Shown here in pieces: positions 50,634 to 58,319 of a DNA stretch of 64,000 bases (the first letter of the stretch is position 1; each line of letters begins with the position of its first letter). The notes under the pieces were generated by a model. The model was not told where the DNA came from. It saw only the letters and a list, made by a program, of their open reading frames with translations, and made no database searches. Where the stretch lies: positions 1,440,001 to 1,504,000 of the forward strand of contig OZ245817.1 of NCBI GenBank assembly GCA_965228475.1. Direction: 5' to 3'. This DNA is from Myxococcota bacterium (GTDB taxonomy: Bacteria > Myxococcota_A > UBA9160 > JAFDDA01). The position numbers and the translations under genes are program-made.

Positions 50634-52409
50634 CTAGTGGTGGTGGTCGCGGCCCTGGAGGCCGAGGCGGCCGAGGAAGCCGCGGGGGCCCTGGCGGAGG
50701 AGCGACGCGGCCAAGAGGCCGGCGAACGCGAAGGCGAGCAGCTGGGATGCCAGGCCCGGGGCGTGTTCCGGGTCCGGGGTCGGGACCGGGACGCTCGCGC
50801 CGGCGGTCCAGTTGATGATCGCGCCGAGCGCGAGCGTCGCGCCGATCAGTACGGCGCCCAGCAGCAGGGTCGTCCGGGCGCCGTGGAAGGCGCGGACGGC
50901 GCCGAAGGTCGTCACGTTCGTGGCGGGACCGGTCAACAGGAAGGCGACGACCGCGCCGGCGCTCACGCCTTTCGCCAGGAAGGCTGCGCCCACGGGCGTC
51001 GCCGCCGAGGCGCACACGTAGAACGGCGCCGCCAGGGATGCGAAGAGCGGGATCTCGAGGGCAGCCGGCACGGCCGCGATCCAGCCCGGATCGAGCAGGG
51101 GTTCGAGCAGCGCGGCCGCCGCGATGCCGGCGAGGACCCAGGGGCCCAGTTCGTCGAGCGAGTCCACGAATCCGTATTCGAGAGCGCCGCGGACTCCCGT
51201 GCGGTCGGTTTCTTCGAGCGGCGCGTCGTCGTCGACGGCCGGTGCGGCCGGCTCCGGCGCGAGCGCGCCGACCGCGAGGCCGACGCACAGGGCCAGGGCC
51301 GTCGCGGCGAGGATCCGGACGAGGGTCATCTCCCAACCGAGGAGCGGCAGGGAGATCGCCACGGCATCGATGCCGAGCTCGGGCGTCGCGATCAGGAACG
51401 CCGCCGCCGCCGCGGGGGGCAGCCCCTTGTGCATGAGCCCGCGATAGAGCGGGACGACGCCGCAGGAGCAGATCGGGATCGGCAGCCCGAAGACGACGCC
51501 GCGCACGGCGCTGCCGAACGCGGTCTTCCCCCGCATCCAGCGGCTCAGCGTCTGCTGCGGGACCAGGCTCAAGAGACCCGCGCCGAGGAAGCCGATCAGG
51601 ATCGCCGGGCTCGCTTCGACGAAGATCCGCAGGCCCGCCTCCCAGGATTGGACGAGCGCCGGATGCGGCGCCAGCGGCAGCAACGCGAAGAGCGCCAGGG
51701 CCGAGAGCGCGCCGGCGCCGGCAAACGCCCCGGGTGACGCCTGGTTCGCCGATGGCGCGTGGCCCAGGACGACGTGGAGCACGCCGCCCGCGAGGAGTGC
51801 TTCGAGCAGGCCGCCCGCGGGCAGGTGCGCGCCGGCGTGGACCGCGAGCTCGGGGAGGAGCAGGAAGCCCGCCGCGGTCGCGGCCATCAGACCCAGGAGC
51901 CCGAGCGAGGCGATGCGCTGCCCGACGGCGGGAGCGAGCACGGACCAGACGAACAGACCCACCGGGAGGCGATGGGAGACGATCGCGAGCGTGACGCCGA
52001 GCGGGCCCGCCCCGCCGGCGTGGTTCCATCCTTCCGGGCCCTCCGGACCGTGCGCTGTGCCGTGGGACGCCGAGGCGATCGCAGCACCATCGACGGCGCA
52101 GTGGACGAGCAGCCCGGCGACGGCCAGGAGGAGGATCGGCCGCGAACGTTCGATGCGCGTGCCATGCAGATGCCGCTCGGCGAACGCGGGAAGGAGAAAG
52201 CCGGCGAGCGCGGCCGGGAACGCCCAGCCTCCCAGATCCGCGTACGCATGGGGAAGCAGGAACAGGAGCGAAAGGCCGGCCGTCATCACCAGCACGAACC
52301 CGTCGAGGGCCGCGCGCAGGGGTTCCCGGCGGTCGAGCGCCCAGGCCAGCAGCGGGCCGAGGGCGAGGCTCGCGAGGGCCAGGCCGAGAGCGAGGTTGGG
52401 ATCGTTCAC
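50634..52409 (-). CDS. Fusion: ZIP-like metal transporter N-domain + ArsP/DUF318-type (SO_0444-like) permease C-domain
   Basis: ZIP-like TM4/TM5 motifs LVHCAVDGAAI and AIVSHRLPVG; permease motifs GLPIPICSCGVVP, AFLIATPELGID, YVCASAATP, AFLLTGPATN; ends DHHH. Confidence 0.78.
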   Translation of the reverse strand: MNDPNLALGLALASLALGPLLAWALDRREPLRAALDGFVLVMTAGLSLLFLLPHAYADLGGWAFPAALAGFLLPAFAERHLHGTRIERSRPILLLAVAGLLVHCAVDGAAIASASHGTAHGPEGPEGWNHAGGAGPLGVTLAIVSHRLPVGLFVWSVLAPAVGQRIASLGLLGLMAATAAGFLLLPELAVHAGAHLPAGGLLEALLAGGVLHVVLGHAPSANQASPGAFAGAGALSALALFALLPLAPHPALVQSWEAGLRIFVEASPAILIGFLGAGLLSLVPQQTLSRWMRGKTAFGSAVRGVVFGLPIPICSCGVVPLYRGLMHKGLPPAAAAAFLIATPELGIDAVAISLPLLGWEMTLVRILAATALALCVGLAVGALAPEPAAPAVDDDAPLEETDRTGVRGALEYGFVDSLDELGPWVLAGIAAAALLEPLLDPGWIAAVPAALEIPLFASLAAPFYVCASAATPVGAAFLAKGVSAGAVVAFLLTGPATNVTTFGAVRAFHGARTTLLLGAVLIGATLALGAIINWTAGASVPVPTPDPEHAPGLASQLLAFAFAGLLAASLLRQGPRGFLGRLGLQGRDHHH

Positions 52410-52416
52410 CGGGGCG

Positions 52417-52422
52417 AGTCTA
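52417..52422 (-). promoter_or_regulatory. -10 element TAGACT 7 nt upstream of GTG start (leaderless-type promoter)
   Basis: Minus strand reads TAGACT-CGCCCCG-GTG; no SD. Confidence 0.5.
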
Positions 52423-52448
52423 GGCCGTCGAGCGCCGGCCGGGGTCGT

Positions 52449-52793
52449 TCAGGCGATGTCGACGGGGCCGTGGTCGTCGCAGTGGCCGTCGTGGGCGTGG
52501 TGGAGATGCCCGTCCACGAGGTAGTCGACGTGGTCGCCGTGCGGCACGGCCTCGTGGCCGCAGCCGTCGGCGTGCCGGTGGTCGGCCGCGTGGCCGCCGC
52601 AGGCGTGGTCGGGCGTGCAGTCCGCCGGGTTCGTGGGACCGACGGCGAGCTGATGTTCGTCCACGTGGCCGGAGTGGGGGTGGTGGAGGTGGCCGTCGTG
52701 GAGGTAGTCGGTGTGCCCATCGTGGCGGACGGCCGGGTGGCCGCAGCCTTCACCGTGGACGTGATCGTGACCCTGATGGCGATGACAGGACAT
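52449..52793 (-). CDS. 114-aa His/Cys-rich internally duplicated putative metal-binding protein
   Basis: RBS GAGGAGG and -10 TACTCT; by my count 28 His and 6 Cys; two copies of GCGHxAVxHxxHxDYLxDGHLHHxHxGHxDxH. Confidence 0.85.
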   Translation of the reverse strand: MSCHRHQGHDHVHGEGCGHPAVRHDGHTDYLHDGHLHHPHSGHVDEHQLAVGPTNPADCTPDHACGGHAADHRHADGCGHEAVPHGDHVDYLVDGHLHHAHDGHCDDHGPVDIA

Positions 52794-52876
52794 GAGCGCT
52801 CCTCCTCGGTACACCGGAAGAGTAGCGATCCGATCCGGAGCCGTCGCGCGGAGCCCCCCAGGCCTTGGCGTGCCGC

Positions 52877-53614
52877 CTAGCGTGACGCCCGGCGCCAGGC
52901 GACCAGGGCCGGGAGCAGCAGCCAGCCGAGGGCCGGTTCCGGCACGGGCGTGAAGCCGAGGTTGTCGATCGAACCCGAGCCGTTGAGGTCGACGTGGACC
53001 TCGTCGAAGGCGGCCACGCCCAGCATGGCGGCGGTGACCTCGGGCAGGTGGTTCGCGGAGTTGTTGCCGGCGAAGTCGACGGTCGGGTCGCAGAACACGC
53101 CCACGTTGCACTCGAAGGCCGAGAAGAGGACCTGGCCGACCTGCGCGCCGTCGTCGAAGAAGGTCAGGCTCGCGCCCCCGGCCTGGCCGGATTCGAGGTC
53201 GATGGCCGTCAGCGAGAAGGCGGTGAGGTCGAAGTCGAAGGCCAGCTCGAAGCCGAGCAGCGCGCCTCCGGTCCGGCGCTCGTCGTCCGGGTCGTCGCAG
53301 ACGTCGTCGGCGCATCCGGTCTGGTTCTCCGCCACGATCAGCGCGTTGCCGAGGATCTCACCGGCCGCGTTCCCGGCGGTGAAGGGATCTTCGAGGTCGG
53401 GGTCCGAGGTGCCCATCACCGTGGTGTCGAACACGATGGCCAGGTCGAAGGCACGCGTCGGGTTGACGGCGGTGATGGTCAGGCCGGCGAAGTCCGTATC
53501 CACGATCTCGCCGTGCTCGAGGTCCTGGAGGGGCTCGTCGAACGTGATGGTGTCCGCCAGGGCCGCCGGGGCGAAGCAGCCGAGCGCCATCACGAGGGGC
53601 AGGAAGGTTCGCAT
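52877..53614 (-). CDS. PEP-CTERM-type sorting-domain protein
   Basis: Signal peptide MRTFLPLVMALGCFAPAALA; acidic body; C-terminus PVPEPALGWLLLPALVAWRRASR; RBS AGGAG. Confidence 0.82.
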   Translation of the reverse strand: MRTFLPLVMALGCFAPAALADTITFDEPLQDLEHGEIVDTDFAGLTITAVNPTRAFDLAIVFDTTVMGTSDPDLEDPFTAGNAAGEILGNALIVAENQTGCADDVCDDPDDERRTGGALLGFELAFDFDLTAFSLTAIDLESGQAGGASLTFFDDGAQVGQVLFSAFECNVGVFCDPTVDFAGNNSANHLPEVTAAMLGVAAFDEVHVDLNGSGSIDNLGFTPVPEPALGWLLLPALVAWRRASR

Positions 53615-53622
53615 CTTCGATT

Positions 53623-53653
53623 CTCCTCTTCGCCAGGGGAGTGCGAAGAGGAG
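53623..53653 (-). promoter_or_regulatory. RBS-occluding hairpin in the leader of the PEP-CTERM gene
   Basis: Perfect 11-bp stem CTCCTCTTCGC/GCGAAGAGGAG with a 9-nt loop; the SD AGGAG lies in the 3' arm. Confidence 0.55.
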
Positions 53654-53732
53654 GGGTCGAGGTGACGCGAGAAGGCCCGAATTGCCGGAAGGTTGCCGGT
53701 TCGGTGCGCGTGATGGGGCGGCGCTGCCGGTG

Positions 53733-54737
53733 TCAGAGGCGGGTCGCGCGCTCCTGCGCTTCGAGCGCCAGGGCCTGGGCGCGGAAGGCCTGGCTCGGGG
53801 ATTGCGCGGTCTCGCTGCGCTCGCGCACGTCGCGCAGCAAGTTCCCGGCGAAGGGCAGGGGGTCGCGGCTGCAGTCGATGTGACGGGTCTCCTGGCCATC
53901 GACGAGCAGCACGTGCTCGCCGCCCGGCCGGCCGGCCGGGTCGACGTTCTTGCGCACTTCGAGGCTGCCTTCGGTGCCGAGCACGGTGAGCCGCACGTCG
54001 CCCCAGGTGCCGAGGCCGGCCGGGGTGTACCAGTCGACGCGCGCGTAGCCCGTCGCCCGGGGGCTTCGCACGAGTACGCTGCCGTAGTCTTCGAATCCGG
54101 GCCGCTCCGGGTGCGCGCGGTTGGCGACGGTGGCGGCGACGACCTCGGCGTCCTCCGCGCCGGTGAAGGCGAGGAACTGGTCCATCTGGTGCGAGGCCAG
54201 GTCGCCGAGGATGCCGCCCGAGCGCGCGGGCTCGAAGAACCAATCCGGTCGCGCCGTGAGCCCGAGCTGGTGCGGGCCGACGCCGATCGTCTCGACCACC
54301 TCGCCGATGGCGCCGGCTTCGACGAGGGCCTGCGCGCGCAGGGTCGAGCGGCTCGCCAGGCGCTCCGAGTAGAAGATTGCGCACAGGCGCCCGCTCTCGC
54401 GGCGTGCGGCGTCGAGGGCGTCGAGCTCCTCGCGGGTCACGGCCGCCGGCTTGTCGACGAAGACGTCCTTGCCGTGACGCATGGCCTCGATGCCGATGGC
54501 GGCGCGCCGGTCGGGCACGTCGACGCACAGGACGAGGGCGATGGTCGGGTCTTCGAGGATCTCGCGCGCGTTGCCGGCCGCGCGCGCGCCGGGCTGGAGC
54601 TTGCCGAAGCCCTCCATCATCCCGGCGTCGCCGTGGAAGGCGGCGAGCTCCGCGCCCGCGGCCTGGAGCAGTGCGGTCATCCCGAAGACGTGGACGTGGG
54701 CGAGGCCGAGGATGCCGAAGCGGACCGGTTCACTCAT
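53733..54737 (-). CDS. Gfo/Idh/MocA family oxidoreductase
   Basis: FGILGLAHVH, AMRHGKDVFVDKP, IFYSER, GPHQL...RPDWFF, SGGILGDLASHQMDQF, VDWYTPAGLGTWGD. Confidence 0.88.
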   Translation of the reverse strand: MSEPVRFGILGLAHVHVFGMTALLQAAGAELAAFHGDAGMMEGFGKLQPGARAAGNAREILEDPTIALVLCVDVPDRRAAIGIEAMRHGKDVFVDKPAAVTREELDALDAARRESGRLCAIFYSERLASRSTLRAQALVEAGAIGEVVETIGVGPHQLGLTARPDWFFEPARSGGILGDLASHQMDQFLAFTGAEDAEVVAATVANRAHPERPGFEDYGSVLVRSPRATGYARVDWYTPAGLGTWGDVRLTVLGTEGSLEVRKNVDPAGRPGGEHVLLVDGQETRHIDCSRDPLPFAGNLLRDVRERSETAQSPSQAFRAQALALEAQERATRL

Positions 54738-54846
54738 TGAATTGTTCACGCACGCTCGGCCATGATGCTCGAGCGTATCATGGACTCGACGTTCGCAGCG
54801 TTTCGAGCTGACGGCGCCGTAGAAGCCCTCGCTGCCCGTCCGGCCC

Positions 54847-55281
54847 TCAGGCCGTTTCGTCGGGCGGCTCGCTGGCGCCGTCGCGCAGGTGGAGGGCGAA
54901 GAGCCGGCACGCGTCGGCCGCGGTGAAGATGCCGGCGAGCTTTCCGGCCTTGAGGACCAGCGCCGATCCGATCCGCATCTCCCACATGTGGTGGAGCACG
55001 CCGTCGAGGGGCTCGCTGACGTCGACCATGTAGGCCTGGTCGACGAAGGCGTCGCCGACGGAGAGTTCTTCCTCCCGCTGGCCGCCTTCCTCCGGCGTCT
55101 GGCAGCGCTTGATGTCGCGGTCGGAGACGACGCCCACGAGCTTCCGGTCCTCGGTCACCGGGAGGTGGCGGATGTCGTGTTCGGCCATCATCGCCTTCGC
55201 TTCGGCGATGCCCGCGCGCACGTCGATCCAATAGGGGAAGGGCGTCATCGCGGAGAGCATGTCGGGGATCCTGGTCGGCAT
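54847..55281 (-). CDS. Stand-alone CBS-pair protein
   Basis: AMTPFP, MAEHDIRHLPV..KLVGVVSDRDI, IGSALV..KLAGIFTAAD; RBS GAGGA. Confidence 0.85.
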   Translation of the reverse strand: MPTRIPDMLSAMTPFPYWIDVRAGIAEAKAMMAEHDIRHLPVTEDRKLVGVVSDRDIKRCQTPEEGGQREEELSVGDAFVDQAYMVDVSEPLDGVLHHMWEMRIGSALVLKAGKLAGIFTAADACRLFALHLRDGASEPPDETA

Positions 55282-55313
55282 TCGCGGTCCTCGGTTTTTC
55301 CGGACGCCAGTTT

Positions 55314-55329
55314 TGCAATTCTCGTACCC
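55314..55329 (-). promoter_or_regulatory. Sigma-54 (-24/-12) promoter for the CBS gene
   Basis: Minus strand GGGTACGAGAATTGCA = GG-N10-GC with TTGCA, close to consensus TGGCACGNNNNTTGCA; 32 nt upstream of the ATG. Confidence 0.7.
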
Positions 55330-55333
55330 TGGA

Positions 55334-55387
55334 GCCAAGAGGGCAGGGCCCGTCACGCCCCGGGGCGTGACTTCCTGCCTCTTTGGC
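55334..55387. repeat. 54-bp imperfect inverted repeat with a perfect 20-bp palindromic core
   Basis: Core GTCACGCCCCGGGGCGTGAC (55352-55371) flanked by GCCAAGAGGGCAGG and CCTGCCTCTTTGGC. Confidence 0.8.
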
Positions 55388-55460
55388 CCGGCGTCGCTGG
55401 AGCGCTCCGCCTCCCGGGGCGCCGGAAGCCCGCTCGCCGGGGCTGCAGGGAGGAACGTCC

Positions 55461-56639
55461 ATGTCGAGTGTCGAGCCGGTTCGAAGCGTTCGGTCCGAGG
55501 TCGCGTTCACGCGGCCCGAGGATCTCCGCCCGGACCCCGAGCGGCCCGGCCTCCTGTGCGGCCCGGACGTGGACCCCTACGCCGGGAGCGAGCGCCGCTT
55601 CCAGCTCCACGAAATCGAGGTGCGCGACTGCGCCGCCCTCGAAGGCTTCACCCCGGACCTCGTCGAGCATGGCTTCGCACGCGCCGATCTCTCCGGCGAC
55701 GCGGAGCTCCAGGCCGTGCTCGAACGCGTGCGCGCTGCGGCCCGGCTCGCGCCGGAAGACGAGCAGGCCATCCGCGACCGCCTCGCCGGCGCGCGGCTTC
55801 CGCTCGGCGGCGGACGCTTCGCCGAGGTGAGCTACATCGCGCCGGAAGGGTTCCTGCTGCGAACGCCGGGCCCGAACGGGCTGCAGGAGCAGCCGGGGAA
55901 GGGCGCGCCCGGGACGGCCGGGCTCGACGGCGCCCGCGGTGTCCACGCCGATCAGGACGTCGGCGGAACCCCGCTCCGCGAGCTCATGGACGGCCAGGCG
56001 CCCCGGCTCTTCCATCACGACTCGCCCGATGGCCGCAACGCCGATTCCACGCTCCACCTCTTGAACGTCTGGATCCCCCTCGAGCAGGCGACCCGCCCGC
56101 TCGCGCTGATGGACGGCCGCACCCTCGACCGCAAGCGCCACCAGGCGCGTTTCGGCCTCAAGGTCGACCGGCTCCTCGGGCGCGAGAGCGAACGCGCCGT
56201 GAACCACGTCTGGGCCTTCGTGCACGACGGCGCGCAGCGCTGGTACTTCGATTCGGAGATGGGTCCGGAGTCGGCGTGGGTGTTCGAGACGCTCTCGGCG
56301 CCGCACGTCTCGCTGATGCTTCCCGGCGAGGACGCCGCCGAGGCGCGCCATGGCCAGCTCGGTGCGGTGCTCGACGCCGTCGAAGCCGGGGACGCGGAAG
56401 CGCTGGCCCGCGCCGCCCGCAAGGAGCGAGCGGACCCGGACCCGAGCACGCCGGCTTCGCTGCGCCGCGCGATCGCCGCGATGGACGCGTTGCTCGAAGA
56501 CGCCGCCACGCGGCCCGACGCCCTGTGCGCCGGCGAAGCGTCCGGCTTCGCCGAGCGCGCCCGCCGCGCCCAGCAAGCCGTCGTCCGCAAATCGATCGAG
56601 ATGCGCGCGGTCTGCACGGTCACCAGCGGGGGAGCCTGA
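55461..56639 (+). CDS. CmcJ/NvfI/AsaB-family-like oxidoreductase (putative non-heme iron oxygenase)
   Basis: EVRD...DLVEHGF, GVHADQD, LNVWIPL...PLALMDGRT, RWYFDSEMGPE, APH, RKSIEMR follow the family motif order; RBS GGAGG. Confidence 0.62.
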   Translation: MSSVEPVRSVRSEVAFTRPEDLRPDPERPGLLCGPDVDPYAGSERRFQLHEIEVRDCAALEGFTPDLVEHGFARADLSGDAELQAVLERVRAAARLAPEDEQAIRDRLAGARLPLGGGRFAEVSYIAPEGFLLRTPGPNGLQEQPGKGAPGTAGLDGARGVHADQDVGGTPLRELMDGQAPRLFHHDSPDGRNADSTLHLLNVWIPLEQATRPLALMDGRTLDRKRHQARFGLKVDRLLGRESERAVNHVWAFVHDGAQRWYFDSEMGPESAWVFETLSAPHVSLMLPGEDAAEARHGQLGAVLDAVEAGDAEALARAARKERADPDPSTPASLRRAIAAMDALLEDAATRPDALCAGEASGFAERARRAQQAVVRKSIEMRAVCTVTSGGA

Positions 56640-56699
56640 GCCCCGCCCCTGCGATCCCCGTCGCTCCTCCGGCTCCGCCGGTAGTACACTGATCCGGGT

Positions 56700-58253
56700 A
56701 TGCGGCGAGCGCGGTCCGCGACATCCGATCGATCCGGTCCCTTCGCGTTCCTCCAGAGGACGGCGCGATGGTTCGTCGCTGGCCTGGTCCTCCCCGTCCT
56801 TCTCTCCTGCGCGAGCGATGAGCCCGCCCCTCGCTTTCCGCAGCCGCGGCTCGTCCTCCTCTACGCGACGTGCACGCTGAACAAGGATTACCTGGCCCCC
56901 TACCAGCCCTCGGTCTCCTTCACGCCGTTTCTCGAGGCCTTCAGCGAACGGGCGCTGACGTTTCCGGACCACTACGCCGAATCGGGGCAGTCGGGAGTCT
57001 CCTTCGCCGCGCTCTTCAGCGGCACCCAGGGGATGCACCACGGGGTCTACCGCCACCCGACGCGCCTGGCCGACGAGGTCCACCTGATCGCCGAGTCCTT
57101 CGCTGCGGCCGGCTACGACACGTTCTCCTGGCTGGGCCATCCCATGGCGTCCGCCGCGCTCCAGTACGGCCAGGGCGTCGACCCGGAGCGGCAGTTCGAG
57201 AGGCTGTTGACCGCGAACGATCCGGCCTTCGAGAACATCCTCGCGCGGCTGGAATCGGATCCGGACTACCGCGTTTTCATCGTCACGAACTTCACCGTCA
57301 CGCACGGACCCTACGCGCCCGCGGCGCTCCCGGCCTTTTGCAGGACCTATCCGGCGCTTTGTGAGCGGATCGAAGGGATTTCGAATCGGCAGATCCTGGT
57401 CCGGCAGTACCAGCGGGCGCACCTGCGCTTCTCGTTCGATTTCGCGGAGACGGTGCGCAGCCTGCGCATGGACGAGGCGCGCGTCGCGCAGCTCGAAGAT
57501 CTGATCGAGACGCTCTACCAGGCGAACGTGCACCGGCTCGACCGCCTGTTCGAGAGCCTCGTCTCCCGGATCGAAGCTCGGGGCCTTCTCCAAGAGAGTC
57601 TGATCGCCTTGACCGCCGATCACGGCGAAGTCCTCCTGCGCGAAAACGCCCACTTCCGGTTCACCCACGGCTTCCAGCTCGCGCACGAGGTGCTCGAGGT
57701 CCCCATGATGCTCTTCGGGCCGTCGGTGGGTGTGCAGCCCGGGGTGTTCGGCGGCGTCACGCGGTCGATCGACGTCTTTCCGACGCTCGCGGGGCTCAGC
57801 GCGGTCCCCGTGCCCCCGGTGCCCGGACTCGGCGCCGATCTCACGGAGGCCGTGCGGGGCGAAGCCGCGGCGCCGGCGCTCCTCGCCTTCAGCCATACGG
57901 CGCTGTTCACCGACACCGTGTGGAAGCGGTACCAGCGGTACGGTGCCCTGCGCGCCCTGATCCCCTCCCAGGACGCGAGCTTCATGTGGGTGGCCGTGCG
58001 AGACCGCGATGCCTGGCACAAGCTCCGCTACCTCGACGGCGAGTGGCGGCGCTCGGTGTTCCATCACGAAGACGCGGCGCGCGAGTCGAACGATCTCTTC
58101 GATGCCGAGGACGAGCACCACGCGGCCCTGACCCAGGCGCTCCTCGACTACAAACGGACCCTGCTCGAGGCGCGCGGCGGGCCCGGGGCCGAGCCCGAAG
58201 TCGGGCTCGAGAGCCAGATCGAGCTGCTGCGCAGCCTCGGCTACATCGAGTAG
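56700..58253 (+). CDS. Sulfatase/alkaline-phosphatase-superfamily lipoprotein with atypical active-site motifs
   Basis: Lipobox LLSC; AALFSG, AESFAAAGYDT, THGPY, LTADHGE, THG, VPMML, SIDVFPTL, C-terminal LRSLGY. Confidence 0.75.
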   Translation: MRRARSATSDRSGPFAFLQRTARWFVAGLVLPVLLSCASDEPAPRFPQPRLVLLYATCTLNKDYLAPYQPSVSFTPFLEAFSERALTFPDHYAESGQSGVSFAALFSGTQGMHHGVYRHPTRLADEVHLIAESFAAAGYDTFSWLGHPMASAALQYGQGVDPERQFERLLTANDPAFENILARLESDPDYRVFIVTNFTVTHGPYAPAALPAFCRTYPALCERIEGISNRQILVRQYQRAHLRFSFDFAETVRSLRMDEARVAQLEDLIETLYQANVHRLDRLFESLVSRIEARGLLQESLIALTADHGEVLLRENAHFRFTHGFQLAHEVLEVPMMLFGPSVGVQPGVFGGVTRSIDVFPTLAGLSAVPVPPVPGLGADLTEAVRGEAAAPALLAFSHTALFTDTVWKRYQRYGALRALIPSQDASFMWVAVRDRDAWHKLRYLDGEWRRSVFHHEDAARESNDLFDAEDEHHAALTQALLDYKRTLLEARGGPGAEPEVGLESQIELLRSLGYIE

Positions 58254-58319
58254 GCGACGTCCTGATGAGCCAGGGAAGCGGCGTCGAAGGAGCGGTCTTC
58301 GAGCGACCGTCGACCGGCT

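Noticed and set aside
52406..52753. Thr-rich 115-aa ORF overlapping the His-rich gene
   Set aside because: Frame-shifted reading of CAC/GAC codons; the His-rich frame has the SD and the coherent duplicated motif
53683..53698. GG-N10-GC spacing upstream of the second PEP-CTERM gene as a sigma-54 promoter
   Set aside because: Lacks the TTGC -12 context; this spacing arises often by chance in GC-rich DNA
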